From: a virus
Taxonomy: Duplodnaviria; Heunggongvirae; Uroviricota; Caudoviricetes
IMG/VR virus record: IMGVR_UViG_3300032330_001391
Location: 53,103 to 117,102 of that record
Length of the DNA: 64,000 bases
Reading direction: 5' to 3' (one strand)
The notes under the pieces are model-generated. The model was not told where the DNA came from and searched no databases. It was given only the letters and a program-made list of their open reading frames with translations. Below, in pieces: positions 46,894 through 57,348 of the stretch (positions are counted from its first letter, which is position 1; the number at the start of each line of letters is the position of its first letter). A program made the position numbers and the translations under genes.

Positions 46894-47684
46894 TAATTTA
46901 ATATTTCTTTTATAGATTTTTTATAATACCCAAATTTCCCTCCAGGTTTAAACTCAGCTTTCATTCTTCCCTTACCAACATAACCATCAACAAATTTTTC
47001 AACAGGATTAATTCTTATATCTATTGATACTCTAGAATCTTTTATTCTTGGTTGGTTAGTATGGATACATAATGAATCAAATAAAAATATTTTATTAGTA
47101 TCAGATTCTACTTCAAAACATAAAGAATCAGCTTTCTTGTTAAAATCTTTATCATTAATAGCTTTCTCAATAAATAATTCTTCATTATTATCAACTTCAT
47201 CTAACCATTTTTTACTAGTAGGATAATCCATAAAATAAAAACCAGAATGAGTATTATTTGTTAATGAAAACCAAACATTTATTTCTTGTGGAGGATGCCC
47301 ATAAAAACAATCACTGTGGTATCTAGGATAATGATGCTGATTTATAGCATCAGGACAATGAACTCTTATGGTTGGGCATTCTTGAAAATAAAAATCATAT
47401 CCTAATTTGTTATATAAATCCCTAAGAAATTCATTATATAATTCTAAAAATTTATTATCTACATCATAAAGAATTTTAGTAATACCATTAACACCAGAAT
47501 TAAAATCATAATCAGTTAAGGATTTATCTTTAACATATTGATGAATGTTTTCTAAATCATAAACATTATTATCAATAATATCTCTCTCTTTAAGGAGTCT
47601 TAAAGTTTCTTTTTGGAATTTAATATTCCATTCAGAATTTAAATACATATACCCATTGGGTGAAGTTTCATAAATTTTATTCAT
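46893..47684 (-). CDS. hypothetical protein (possible 2OG-Fe(II)/PhyH-like oxygenase)
   Basis: 263 aa. H.D...H-like spacing around RVHCPDAINQHHYPRYHSD. Weak. Confidence 0.3.
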   Translation of the reverse strand: MNKIYETSPNGYMYLNSEWNIKFQKETLRLLKERDIIDNNVYDLENIHQYVKDKSLTDYDFNSGVNGITKILYDVDNKFLELYNEFLRDLYNKLGYDFYFQECPTIRVHCPDAINQHHYPRYHSDCFYGHPPQEINVWFSLTNNTHSGFYFMDYPTSKKWLDEVDNNEELFIEKAINDKDFNKKADSLCFEVESDTNKIFLFDSLCIHTNQPRIKDSRVSIDIRINPVEKFVDGYVGKGRMKAEFKPGGKFGYYKKSIKEILN

Positions 47685-47687
47685 ATG

Positions 47688-48698
47688 TTATCGTTTTAAA
47701 AATTTTCGTCCTGATTTTACTTTATCTCTCCAATATTCTAATAAATCGTTCATTGTTTGTTCAAATGTATATTCTGGTTTCCATCCTGTATGATTTTGGA
47801 ATTTAGTTGTATCTGGTATTTGTAAGTCAGCATCAATCGGCCTGAGGCGTTCAGGATCAGTTACTATTTCAATATTAGATACGGTTGATTTACTTATTAA
47901 ATAATTAAGCATATCTGATACTTTACATGTGTAATTTCCTCCAATATTATAGTATTCACCAGATGTTGGGTTAATTGTTACTAACATATGATATGCTTTA
48001 ACAGCATCTCTAACGTCAGCATATGTTCTTAATGATTCAAGATTACCAACATATATTTTTGGTTCTTGTAATCCTGATTCAATCATTGCTATTTGTTTAG
48101 CAAATGTTGATTCTGAAAATACATCTCCTCTTCTAGGACCAGTATGAGTAAACATACGGGTTGTCATAATTGTCATCCCATATGCCTCAGCGTAGTATCT
48201 ACCTATTAGATCAGTTCCTACTTTTGAGATAGCATATGGTGACGCTGGATGGAATGTACATTCTTCATTTATAGGAAGTTTTTCTTTTGGTACTCTACCA
48301 AATACTTCACTTGAAGCACAAACATGAATAATAGCATTTTTATAGTTTGATCGCCTAATAACCTCCAATAGATTAGTAGTTCCTAAAATATTTGTTTGAA
48401 GTGTTTCAATTGGTGAATCAAAACTTGTTTGTGGATATGACTGTGCTGCTAAATGAAATACATAATTTGGTTTTGATTTATCTATAACTACTAATAGTGA
48501 GGCTAAATCATTTAAATCACCATATACTAATTCAATGCGATCTTTTTTATTTATTTCATCAGATAAATGTTCAATATTTTCTAATGAGTCATTCCATCTA
48601 CATAATCCATAAATTTTCCAATCAGTATTAGCTAATAAATAATCAGCTAAATGTGAACCAACCATTCCTGTAATTCCAGTAATTAATACTTTATTCAT
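47688..48698 (-). CDS. gmd: GDP-mannose 4,6-dehydratase-like (Gmd/heptose dehydratase family) extended SDR
   Basis: N-terminal Rossmann LITGITGMVGSHLADYLL, catalytic region, and overall Gmd-like layout. ORF track extends to 48770, overlapping the upstream gene. MNKVLITG is the likely start. Confidence 0.7.
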   Translation of the reverse strand: MNKVLITGITGMVGSHLADYLLANTDWKIYGLCRWNDSLENIEHLSDEINKKDRIELVYGDLNDLASLLVVIDKSKPNYVFHLAAQSYPQTSFDSPIETLQTNILGTTNLLEVIRRSNYKNAIIHVCASSEVFGRVPKEKLPINEECTFHPASPYAISKVGTDLIGRYYAEAYGMTIMTTRMFTHTGPRRGDVFSESTFAKQIAMIESGLQEPKIYVGNLESLRTYADVRDAVKAYHMLVTINPTSGEYYNIGGNYTCKVSDMLNYLISKSTVSNIEIVTDPERLRPIDADLQIPDTTKFQNHTGWKPEYTFEQTMNDLLEYWRDKVKSGRKFLKR

Positions 48699-48699
48699 T

Positions 48700-49674
48700 T
48701 TATGTTGTGTATGGGGCTTTATTAATTTTAGAAATATACCAATCAATTGTTTCTTTAATACCTTCTTCAAAAGTATAAGATGGTTTAAATCCTAATTCTG
48801 TTTGAATTCTTTCTGTACTTACAGCTCTAAAAGGTATTGTTGTTGGTTTTGTTTCGTCCCAGATTACTTCTGGTGTTTCACCTGTAACTTTTAAAATTGA
48901 ATTCACAATTTCACCAATTGTAATTCCACCACCGTATCCTAAATTGTATGGCTTCATTGACTCTCCATTTTCCAATATTAATAACGCTCCTTTAACTACA
49001 TCTTTAACATATAAGAAATCTCTAACAACATCTGGACTACCCCAAACAACGAATGGATTTTCTTTACTTAAATGTCTTTTAATAAGTGCTGGAACAACAT
49101 GGCATGTTTTTAAGTCAAAATTATCATATGGTCCAAATATTGCGGTACATCGAGCTAATGCTATATGCAGTCCTGAAAATTTAGATACATGTTCCATAAG
49201 TTTTTCTCTATATCTTCTAGCCCATCCGTATCCATAATATGACTTATAAGGCTCATCAACCCAATACTCATCTTCAGTTAATGGTTTTCTAATATCAGGA
49301 TATCCAGTAGAACTGTTTAAATCAAGAAACTTTTTAACACCTGTTTTAGCACATGCTTCTAATACATTACCTATTAAAGTTAATTGTTTTAATGATATTT
49401 GAATATCAGTTGGTACTGTAGATGGGTGTGCTACCTGTCCACCACAATGAATTACATATTCTGCTCCTTCAACTAATTTAATACAATCTTCTAATTTAGT
49501 TAGATCTATATTTTCATAAATTTCAATCCCATCCTTACTGACCTGTAAAGGTGAATGATGGGTATGTGTTCTTACTTTAGCTCCTCTTTTTACTAATTCA
49601 AGTAAAAAATGAGACCCAATAAAACCACTACCTCCAGTAACTACAACTGTTTTGTCTTTAAAATGATTTTCCAT
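48700..49674 (-). CDS. NAD-dependent epimerase/dehydratase (SDR; sugar 4-reductase/epimerase candidate)
   Basis: 324 aa. VVVTGGSGFIGSH Rossmann motif, YxxxK-type catalytic region. Confidence 0.65.
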   Translation of the reverse strand: MENHFKDKTVVVTGGSGFIGSHFLLELVKRGAKVRTHTHHSPLQVSKDGIEIYENIDLTKLEDCIKLVEGAEYVIHCGGQVAHPSTVPTDIQISLKQLTLIGNVLEACAKTGVKKFLDLNSSTGYPDIRKPLTEDEYWVDEPYKSYYGYGWARRYREKLMEHVSKFSGLHIALARCTAIFGPYDNFDLKTCHVVPALIKRHLSKENPFVVWGSPDVVRDFLYVKDVVKGALLILENGESMKPYNLGYGGGITIGEIVNSILKVTGETPEVIWDETKPTTIPFRAVSTERIQTELGFKPSYTFEEGIKETIDWYISKINKAPYTT

Positions 49675-49683
49675 ATTTTATTT

Positions 49684-50655
49684 TTAATGATTTATAAATG
49701 CGTTATAACGTTTATCTAAGATTTTTTTATTACTTAAAAACCACTCAGTAGTACGTTTTATACCTTCTTCTAATGATACGGATATGTTAAATCCATATGA
49801 TTTAGCTCTAGTCATATCAAATAAGCGAATTTTATCTCCAGCTGGTTTGTCAGTTAACCATTTAATTTCAAGCGGTTTACCAGCATGTTTAACTACCATT
49901 TCTACAACTTCTTTAATTGAATAGCCTTTACCAGATCCTAAATTAATAGGTTCTGTTATTTTATTTTCAACTGCAAATATCATTCCTAAAGCAACATCAT
50001 CTGCGTGAATAAAATCTCTAATAGTTGAACCATCACCCCATACTTCTAACACATTATTTTCTTGTGCTTTTCTAATTAATGATGGTACTACCATAGCATT
50101 AGCTGGATCGAAATTATCGTATGCTCCATAAACATTAGCTGGTCTTACGATTGATATATTTTTAATACCATATTGAATACCATATGCTTCTGCTTGAAGT
50201 TCACCTATCCTTTTTGCCCAACCTGCGAATCTATCATTAGGAGAAGGAAAAGTATTCCAAACTGTGTCTTCAACAAATACATCAGCAGGTGCATAAACAC
50301 CAACTGAACTAGTATATAGATACCATTTAACTTTTGCTCTGCGAGATGCTTCCATCATGTTAGTATTAAATTGAAGCATAGGTACCATAAAATCAGCAGG
50401 TTGTTCAGCACACATCTTAGGTGAACCTTTAATACCTACTAAATTAAATACATAATCCATTCCATTACAAATTTTTTCACATTGATCAAAATAACGTAAA
50501 TCAACTTTAACATAATTTACTTCATTTGGTAGATCAGATGGTTCTGTAAGATCTGCGATTGTAATTTTGGCTCCTTTTTCTAATAGGAGACTAACTAATG
50601 AGCGGCCAATCATTCCACCCCCACCAGTAACTAAAACTTTTTGATTTTCAAACAT
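49684..50655 (-). CDS. NAD-dependent epimerase/dehydratase (SDR), second copy
   Basis: 323 aa. VLVTGGGGMIGRSL Rossmann motif. Confidence 0.65.
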   Translation of the reverse strand: MFENQKVLVTGGGGMIGRSLVSLLLEKGAKITIADLTEPSDLPNEVNYVKVDLRYFDQCEKICNGMDYVFNLVGIKGSPKMCAEQPADFMVPMLQFNTNMMEASRRAKVKWYLYTSSVGVYAPADVFVEDTVWNTFPSPNDRFAGWAKRIGELQAEAYGIQYGIKNISIVRPANVYGAYDNFDPANAMVVPSLIRKAQENNVLEVWGDGSTIRDFIHADDVALGMIFAVENKITEPINLGSGKGYSIKEVVEMVVKHAGKPLEIKWLTDKPAGDKIRLFDMTRAKSYGFNISVSLEEGIKRTTEWFLSNKKILDKRYNAFINH

Positions 50656-50660
50656 ATTAT

Positions 50661-51278
50661 TTATTTATTAAAAGATACAATAGAATATCTAGGACTCAAA
50701 GCATATTCTTCTACAACACTTACAAAATGAGGAGCTCTAAATACTTTATTATTTAACAATACTACTCGATTAAATTTAGGAAATATAGGCTGACAAAATT
50801 CTTTTTCTTCATGGGATAAAACATTTAAAATTCCTCCCCAATCCCATCTCCATTCTTTATTAACATAGTAAATAAAATTAACTGAGCCCGCGTAATCATC
50901 ATTGTGTGATCGGTAGTAATTATTTTTATCTAATTTGTAACATCTAACATCAAATTCATTTATCACAAATGGAGATACTTGTTTTAATAAAGGAATAAAA
51001 TAATTATTAAAAGTATTTTTAATAAGATCTGTTGATTCTAAAGTTTTAGATCTATTAAATTTAGCTGAATAATGTTCGTTAGGGCGTGGAAGAAATTCAT
51101 TGTCCGATTTTAAAATACTATTATAATGATTTTCTCTAATTTGGTCTATAAACTCCCATTCTTTATTTTGAGAATACGCTTCATTAATCTCATTAGCTAA
51201 TTCTAAGGGTAACATATCATCTAGTAATGAAAACCCATTGCTGTTAAGTTCTTCACTTATTTTTTTATAATTTTTCAT
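50661..51278 (-). CDS. hypothetical protein (possible 2OG-Fe(II) oxygenase fold)
   Basis: 205 aa with an HND...H pattern. Weak. Confidence 0.3.
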   Translation of the reverse strand: MKNYKKISEELNSNGFSLLDDMLPLELANEINEAYSQNKEWEFIDQIRENHYNSILKSDNEFLPRPNEHYSAKFNRSKTLESTDLIKNTFNNYFIPLLKQVSPFVINEFDVRCYKLDKNNYYRSHNDDYAGSVNFIYYVNKEWRWDWGGILNVLSHEEKEFCQPIFPKFNRVVLLNNKVFRAPHFVSVVEEYALSPRYSIVSFNK

Positions 51279-51292
51279 AAGTTTAAATATAA

Positions 51293-52216
51293 TTAATTTT
51301 CTTTAATTTTCCAAATAATTACTGGGTTTCCTTCTATATAAAGAGATCCTATTTGAAGTCTTTTTTTTAGGATAATTTCTATTTTACCTTCTTTTTCTAA
51401 TTGTTCTAAATAAGATAGATATCCTTTTAAATAATTTCTTTTTTTAGTGTATAATACACATAACTGATCTACTAAATTATCTTCATCTAGAAACTCAACC
51501 ATAGGTTCAAAATTAATACATAACGCTGGTTTCTTCACTAAGAGATAATCAATAAATTCTTTATAATTTTCTCCTATTTGTTCTAAAGCATTGCATGTAA
51601 ATACAGCACTATTACCAGGAATATCTATAGTATAATCAGGGTTAAAAAAATCAAAATTATATCCTTTAATTTTACTATTAATCGCTAAGTTATTTATTTC
51701 TTTAATAATATTTTGAGAAGCTTCTGCCCAATCTAAACCTATTAAATTGATATTTTTATTAAAATTTCCAAAGCGTAATAGGTGATATGATGGGCCACAT
51801 CCAAATTCTAATAGATTATCATATTTTGTTCCAACATATTCATGCAATATAGCATCAACTAATACTACAAGTTGGTAATAATCAAAATATTTAGAATTAC
51901 CTTTTACAAAATCTTTTTTCCACCTAGCTATATTATATTTACCAAAATATTTAGGTACTAAAGTATTAATATTATTTCCACTTTTTAATAATTCTAAATT
52001 TTCATACCATCCCTTTTCCCATTTTTCCAACCGATGTTGGCCGGCTTTTTCTAAATCTAAATTAATATGGTTTATTATATCTAATATAATTTTATCTCGC
52101 TGACTTTGTTCTGGATATTCAAAACTAAGATCATAGTTTTCAATCATTTCTTTACAATGATTACTAATAGGGAATCCTACTATTTCTTCAATATCGTTTG
52201 ATGTTATTTTATTCAT
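51293..52216 (-). CDS. SAM-dependent methyltransferase candidate
   Basis: 307 aa. Motif I-like LEFGCGPSYHLL. Confidence 0.45.
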   Translation of the reverse strand: MNKITSNDIEEIVGFPISNHCKEMIENYDLSFEYPEQSQRDKIILDIINHINLDLEKAGQHRLEKWEKGWYENLELLKSGNNINTLVPKYFGKYNIARWKKDFVKGNSKYFDYYQLVVLVDAILHEYVGTKYDNLLEFGCGPSYHLLRFGNFNKNINLIGLDWAEASQNIIKEINNLAINSKIKGYNFDFFNPDYTIDIPGNSAVFTCNALEQIGENYKEFIDYLLVKKPALCINFEPMVEFLDEDNLVDQLCVLYTKKRNYLKGYLSYLEQLEKEGKIEIILKKRLQIGSLYIEGNPVIIWKIKEN

Positions 52217-52222
52217 TATTTT

Positions 52223-52708
52223 TTATTTATCTCTACTAAATAATATAGGATTATCATGTGGCCATTCAAATCCCCATTCAGGATCGTTCCATTTTATAAC
52301 AAACTGATTTTCAACATCATTGTATTGACCTTCAAAAGCTAATTTGTAATGAAAAACACATTCGTCACTTAAAACAAAATGAGCATTTCCACAGCCTGGT
52401 GGGATTAGTATTTGTTTTCTGTTTTTAGAAGATAAAATAAACCAATCCCATTGTTTATATGTAGGTGAATCAAATCGATTGTCTGCTACTATTAAATAAA
52501 ATTCTCCATACATACAATTAATTAATTTCCATGTGTTGGAATCTCCATGTAAACCACGCAGTACATTTTTTCTAGAATGAGAAAATTTATCTAAACGCCA
52601 ATTTAAATTAGGATATTTTTCATTATCCCATGTAGTGTATATGTCACCTCTGAAATCCTCAAAAGCATCTGGTGTGAAGATTTGTATATCTTTTATTTTA
52701 TTTGTCAT
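52223..52708 (-). CDS. dTDP-4-dehydrorhamnose 3,5-epimerase-like (RmlC cupin) sugar epimerase
   Basis: 161 aa. N-terminus IFTPDAFEDFRGDIYTTW and His/Tyr placements typical of RmlC-like cupins. Confidence 0.55.
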   Translation of the reverse strand: MTNKIKDIQIFTPDAFEDFRGDIYTTWDNEKYPNLNWRLDKFSHSRKNVLRGLHGDSNTWKLINCMYGEFYLIVADNRFDSPTYKQWDWFILSSKNRKQILIPPGCGNAHFVLSDECVFHYKLAFEGQYNDVENQFVIKWNDPEWGFEWPHDNPILFSRDK

Positions 52709-53237
52709 TGTAAAAATCTCCGTTTTCTATTAACAATGTTGATTTAGAATCTTCTCTCAATAGTGCCTTTTCAAACGCTGGGAATATTTCTTCTGGTTCA
52801 TTCAGTAATACTACTTCAATATGATCTCTACACATATCTGTAAATGCTTTAGTATAGTCTTGAGTATGTTGAACACCTCCATTTAATGGATTTGTTGATC
52901 CAATAGATGTCCTAATAATAACTCTAGGTTTCATCTGCCCTCTAGACATTAAATTTGCTTTATCTATGTGATTAATCATTTGATTAACAGCACAAATAAG
53001 AAAATCAAATCTAGGATAACATGTCACAGGTACAAATCCTTCAAGGGCTAAACCTAAAGACATTCCCATCTGAACATCTTCAAATACAGGAGTTTCAATT
53101 TTTCTATCATTAGGAATAGAAGATAGTGTGTTAAAAATAGCATTTCCTGAGTATGCTACTGATTGGCCTAAAAATAATACTCTTGGGTCATTGTTTAAAT
53201 ATTCCATTGACCTAATTAACTCGTCTTTATATTTCAT
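52698..53237 (-). CDS. transketolase-like, C-terminal/pyrimidine-binding subunit
   Basis: 179-aa ORF paired by ATG/stop overlap with the N-terminal subunit. Small for a true transketolase half. Confidence 0.45.
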   Translation of the reverse strand: MKYKDELIRSMEYLNNDPRVLFLGQSVAYSGNAIFNTLSSIPNDRKIETPVFEDVQMGMSLGLALEGFVPVTCYPRFDFLICAVNQMINHIDKANLMSRGQMKPRVIIRTSIGSTNPLNGGVQHTQDYTKAFTDMCRDHIEVVLLNEPEEIFPAFEKALLREDSKSTLLIENGDFYNDK

Positions 53238-53255
53238 TATTATATGTTTTAAAAT

Positions 53256-53885
53256 TTAAAATAAAATCCAACTTCCAGTTCCATGATGTGGAAATCCTCT
53301 CTCGTATGAGTAATAAATTACATCATCAGGCACAGAACGTTTTATACCGTTCCAAGTTAGATCTGTAGGTGTATTTGTACTCATATTATTATCTTCAACA
53401 ACAAATTGTAAAGGTAAATTAAAATTAGTAGCATATTTATGCACCTCATAAAACGTTCCTGTTTCAAATGTCATATCTCCAATAAAACACCATACTTTTC
53501 TTTTTGATTTTTTAAGATGTAATGCTTGTGCTGCTCCTAAAGCAATCGGAAGTATTCCGCCTACAATAGCAGATGAATAAAAATTATGTTCAGCTGAGTT
53601 AGTACTCATACTTCCTCCTGATACTATCCAATTAAATAGTTTATCTTGAGGGTATCCATGTAATAAAGCATGGTAGTGGTTTCTCCAGGATGAGAATACC
53701 CAATCTTCAGGGTGAATATATTGAAATATCTCAATTAATTGTTCTTCATTTCCTTTTGAAAGATGAATAGGAGCTTTAATACTTCCATTTTCGTATTCTT
53801 CTTTAATTTTAATTTCAAAATCTATTAGATCTTGAGGTGTTAAACTCACCTGTCTTTCTTTTTTTAAATATTTAGGTATATTCAT
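53256..53885 (-). CDS. transketolase-like, N-terminal TPP-binding subunit
   Basis: 209 aa. GDMTFETG...VVEDNNMS resembles the TPP-binding GDG-x-E...N motif. Confidence 0.5.
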   Translation of the reverse strand: MNIPKYLKKERQVSLTPQDLIDFEIKIKEEYENGSIKAPIHLSKGNEEQLIEIFQYIHPEDWVFSSWRNHYHALLHGYPQDKLFNWIVSGGSMSTNSAEHNFYSSAIVGGILPIALGAAQALHLKKSKRKVWCFIGDMTFETGTFYEVHKYATNFNLPLQFVVEDNNMSTNTPTDLTWNGIKRSVPDDVIYYSYERGFPHHGTGSWILF

Positions 53886-53982
53886 AATTTATTATTTTTA
53901 ACAATTTGTTTAAAAAATGTACTTTAGATAAATATAATTTATTTTTTTTAATTTTTCAAATTTTTCTTTAACACTATTTAGA

Positions 53983-54936
53983 TTAATTTATTGTTGTTAC
54001 TCCTGTTTTATCTATTTTAACATCTAATATACTTTCTTTATATTTCTCAATTATTTTTTCTTTTACTAATGGATTACATATTACACATACAAATCCACAT
54101 CCTCCACTACCTAATAATTTAGCACCATATGCTCCCATATTCATTACATCATCAATTATAGTTTTGATTTTACCATTTGATATATAAGGTGATATTCTTT
54201 CTTTACTTAACCAACCCTCATATACTAGTTCTCCTATACCTTTTAAATCTTCTTGTTCGAATAATTTATAAGCATTTTTAGCGGTTTCTAATATCTGGAG
54301 TCTGTTGTTGGTATCATCTTCATGTGACTTAGCAATTATATCATTATTCCGTTGTTCTTCAGTATAAATAAGAACCATTGAGTTTTGCAAAGTCTGTTCA
54401 AATTCTTCAGTAATCGGGAGTGGTTTAATATTATATGTCCCATCAGTTTTAATTTCTACAGATGAAAATCCTTTAGCAAAAGGCCATATTTGATCTTGAA
54501 TGCCCCCACTTTCTTTTAATATTTCTCTTTCAATTTTAATAGCTGTATCAATAATTTCTTTTGAATTAATATTTTCTTCTTTTAATTTCTTTATTAAATA
54601 GATCATTCCAACACAGTAAGATGAAGATCCACCTAATCCTGTTCTTGAAGGGATGTCTGAGAATGAGAATATTTCTACAGGTTTAACATCAAGAAATTTT
54701 AATGTTTCTCTAATTAACGGATTTTTTAATTTATCTATAGTGTCAACTAATTCATATTTAGAATATGTGCAAAAATACTGTTGAGGAAAAATTTTAGGCC
54801 TATATCTCATTGAGATATAACAATATTTGTCAATAGGGGTACCTATTAAAAAAGAACCATATTGTTCATAAAAACCTTTGTAATCTGTTGATCCACCGAA
54901 CAAAGATATTCGAAATGGAGATTTAATTGTAACCAT
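53983..54936 (-). CDS. GHMP-family sugar kinase (heptose-7-phosphate kinase HddA-like)
   Basis: 317 aa. N-terminal SPFRISLFGGSTDYKGFY, motif II PSRTGLGGSSS and motif III GAKLLGSGGCG. Confidence 0.6.
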   Translation of the reverse strand: MVTIKSPFRISLFGGSTDYKGFYEQYGSFLIGTPIDKYCYISMRYRPKIFPQQYFCTYSKYELVDTIDKLKNPLIRETLKFLDVKPVEIFSFSDIPSRTGLGGSSSYCVGMIYLIKKLKEENINSKEIIDTAIKIEREILKESGGIQDQIWPFAKGFSSVEIKTDGTYNIKPLPITEEFEQTLQNSMVLIYTEEQRNNDIIAKSHEDDTNNRLQILETAKNAYKLFEQEDLKGIGELVYEGWLSKERISPYISNGKIKTIIDDVMNMGAYGAKLLGSGGCGFVCVICNPLVKEKIIEKYKESILDVKIDKTGVTTIN

Positions 54937-55578
54937 TTATTTTGATTTTTTAATGTATAAAGCATTTCCGTAACCATTAAGAATATTTAAGTATTTTCTT
55001 TCAAAATTAAAAGTAGTTACATATTCATCAATTTCATTTAATAAAGCACAATCTACATAAATTTCTCTCTCATTTACTTCTGTATAGATAAAATCAAATT
55101 TTTCTAACAGATCTCCTAAACCTTTTAAGGCTAGTAACTCTGCTCCTTGAATATCCATTACTAGTAGATTAAATTTATCTTCTATATTATTTTCTTTTAA
55201 TATAGTGTTTAGTGTTTTTGTTTTTTTATTTAAATACTCTACATATTCTATATGTGGTGCTAGAATTTTATGTTCTCCTAATTCTAGCATAGATGAACTA
55301 AATGTATTATTAGTAATTTTAAAAGTAATTTCTTTTCCATCTTTATCCCCAACGCATTCGTTTATAATATTTAAATCAGGATTTAATTTTAAATTATTTT
55401 CTACTAAATAATCAATAGCTTCAACCCAGTATATGTTTTGATTATCTAAATAATCTAAGTATACTATTTGTTCTTCACATTTATGAGCACCAACATGTAA
55501 GACTCCTTTTAAATTAAGTTTAAAAAAATCAATCAATCCTTTAAGGGTTTCTCCGTAATAATTTTCAGTTATTGTCAT
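54937..55578 (-). CDS. FkbM-family methyltransferase
   Basis: 213 aa, VGAHKCEE...MDIQGAELLAL pattern of FkbM-type MTases. Confidence 0.5.
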   Translation of the reverse strand: MTITENYYGETLKGLIDFFKLNLKGVLHVGAHKCEEQIVYLDYLDNQNIYWVEAIDYLVENNLKLNPDLNIINECVGDKDGKEITFKITNNTFSSSMLELGEHKILAPHIEYVEYLNKKTKTLNTILKENNIEDKFNLLVMDIQGAELLALKGLGDLLEKFDFIYTEVNEREIYVDCALLNEIDEYVTTFNFERKYLNILNGYGNALYIKKSK

Positions 55579-55579
55579 T

Positions 55580-56467
55580 TTATATATTGTTTATTTGGAT
55601 AAATTCATTAAAAAACAATTTTAGTTTTTTATCAAATTTAATTTCTTGTTTAGCAATTTCATAATTAAAATCTATATATTGTTTTAATTCATAATATTTT
55701 TCTTCTGTTAAATTATTTATAATATGAATAAGTTCTTCTACGTTTTCAAATCTAATTATACCTCTTTCGTCATAACCATAATATGATATTTTAGGACACC
55801 CCCAATATATTGGTAATGTTTTAGTAAGAAAAGCCTCACTTATTTTTTCTGAAAAGTAGAAATCGTATTTTGTATTTTCTACACAGACATGAAACATAGA
55901 TTCTTTAAATAAGAGTTTTTTACCTTCAACTTGAGGCATAACTATTTTACCATCAATATACTCAGTATGGCTAGGTCTACCTACTCCTCCATTATTAAAA
56001 TCTTTCCAATTAAAATCATCAAGCACATAATACCATTTTTTAGGAATTGTAATTTGTTCTTCTATTTTATATATCTCTTGTCTTAATTTATGACCTTCTA
56101 CTAATTTTTTAGCTCCTGATAAAAAACTTACTTCAAACTTTTTACTTATATTTTTAAAATGGTTAATATAATCTTCATCTAAATAGTTACAACTATGATG
56201 AAATAAAATAGCATTATCACATTTTTCTAATACTTCTTCATTATATGTTAATACTCCAGTAAACAAATGATGATTTTGTAATATCCAACTATGCATTCCA
56301 AAAAATTCATTAGGCTCATGGAGCATAATAAAATTATAAGGATTAACTTGAAGTTGTTCTATATTTTGTGGAACATAATCATAAAAAAAAGTTATAGGTT
56401 TGTTTATTTGTTTTAAACCATCATATAAAGGATCAGATTCTGGTATGAAATTAGAAAATATTTTCAT
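55580..56467 (-). CDS. hypothetical protein of the glycan island
   Basis: 295-aa ORF. Confidence 0.35.
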   Translation of the reverse strand: MKIFSNFIPESDPLYDGLKQINKPITFFYDYVPQNIEQLQVNPYNFIMLHEPNEFFGMHSWILQNHHLFTGVLTYNEEVLEKCDNAILFHHSCNYLDEDYINHFKNISKKFEVSFLSGAKKLVEGHKLRQEIYKIEEQITIPKKWYYVLDDFNWKDFNNGGVGRPSHTEYIDGKIVMPQVEGKKLLFKESMFHVCVENTKYDFYFSEKISEAFLTKTLPIYWGCPKISYYGYDERGIIRFENVEELIHIINNLTEEKYYELKQYIDFNYEIAKQEIKFDKKLKLFFNEFIQINNI

Positions 56468-57348
56468 TATTTTTTAAGCATATTATTTTGTAAATGATTG
56501 ATCATTTTATTCCATCCTATTTGAAATAAATCTTGTTTTCTATTAATAGATTTTAAATACCTATCATATAATGTTCGATTAATATACTTATAATCCTCTG
56601 CTATTACAAGATTTTTTATTTTATACTGAGTAGTGTTAGGAATATATTTACAACATTCCATTATAAATGTATCTATAGGGCTGTATCCTTCTATATCTTT
56701 AGGAAATTGAATGTAGTCTAATAATTTTTTAGAATATAAAGTAAACCATGCTCCTCCCCATTTGTATGTTTCTAAGGGTTCTAAACTTAAATCCCCATAT
56801 GTGCTAATTGTATCTGTTATAGCGTCATTTTTCTTTTCATATCCATATGGCTCAGCTAAAAAATTATCGTTAACTAATACATCCCAACTGTTATCCCATA
56901 GTTTAACATATTCTGGAGTAATTACGTAGTTCGATTGTTTTTGTTTGATTTCTAAAGAAGATTCTAAGATTAAATTTAAAGTATAAGGATGAAATACAAT
57001 ATCTATATCTAACCATATCATATCATCAACATTTGGATACTTATAAATGTTATTTATACAACAATCAACACAACCTTTTACTTTATTATCTATATTAAAG
57101 GTATATTCATCACACCAATCAGCATATTTTTTAAGATTTTCAAATTTATTAGTAAAATAATCTTGCTTTAAAACTGAATTATTCCAATCTGTAAGATAAT
57201 CTGATATAGGAAGTGTTACATCTAGTATAACATAAAATTTATCTTTATCAATATAAGCTGATGCTTGTTTGAGTAATAATAAAGTTCGTTCTAGGTAATC
57301 TATTTCATTTACCATAGGAAATATTTGTATGGCTACTTTATGTTTCAT
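56467..57348 (-). CDS. hypothetical protein of the glycan island (glycosyltransferase-like)
   Basis: 293-aa ORF. Confidence 0.35.
   Translation of the reverse strand: MKHKVAIQIFPMVNEIDYLERTLLLLKQASAYIDKDKFYVILDVTLPISDYLTDWNNSVLKQDYFTNKFENLKKYADWCDEYTFNIDNKVKGCVDCCINNIYKYPNVDDMIWLDIDIVFHPYTLNLILESSLEIKQKQSNYVITPEYVKLWDNSWDVLVNDNFLAEPYGYEKKNDAITDTISTYGDLSLEPLETYKWGGAWFTLYSKKLLDYIQFPKDIEGYSPIDTFIMECCKYIPNTTQYKIKNLVIAEDYKYINRTLYDRYLKSINRKQDLFQIGWNKMINHLQNNMLKK

Noticed and set aside
48700-48770. 70-nt overlap between the Gmd-like gene and the upstream SDR gene
   Set aside because: Most likely the ORF-track start for Gmd is too far upstream. The internal ATG (MNKVLITG) gives a 2-nt spacing, so this is not a frameshift or fusion signal.
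52698-53885. Calling the split pair a true transketolase (tktA/tktB)
   Set aside because: Combined length of about 390 aa is far below the roughly 660 aa of transketolase. They may instead be small TPP-dependent carboligase or ketol-transferase subunits. Annotated only as transketolase-like.
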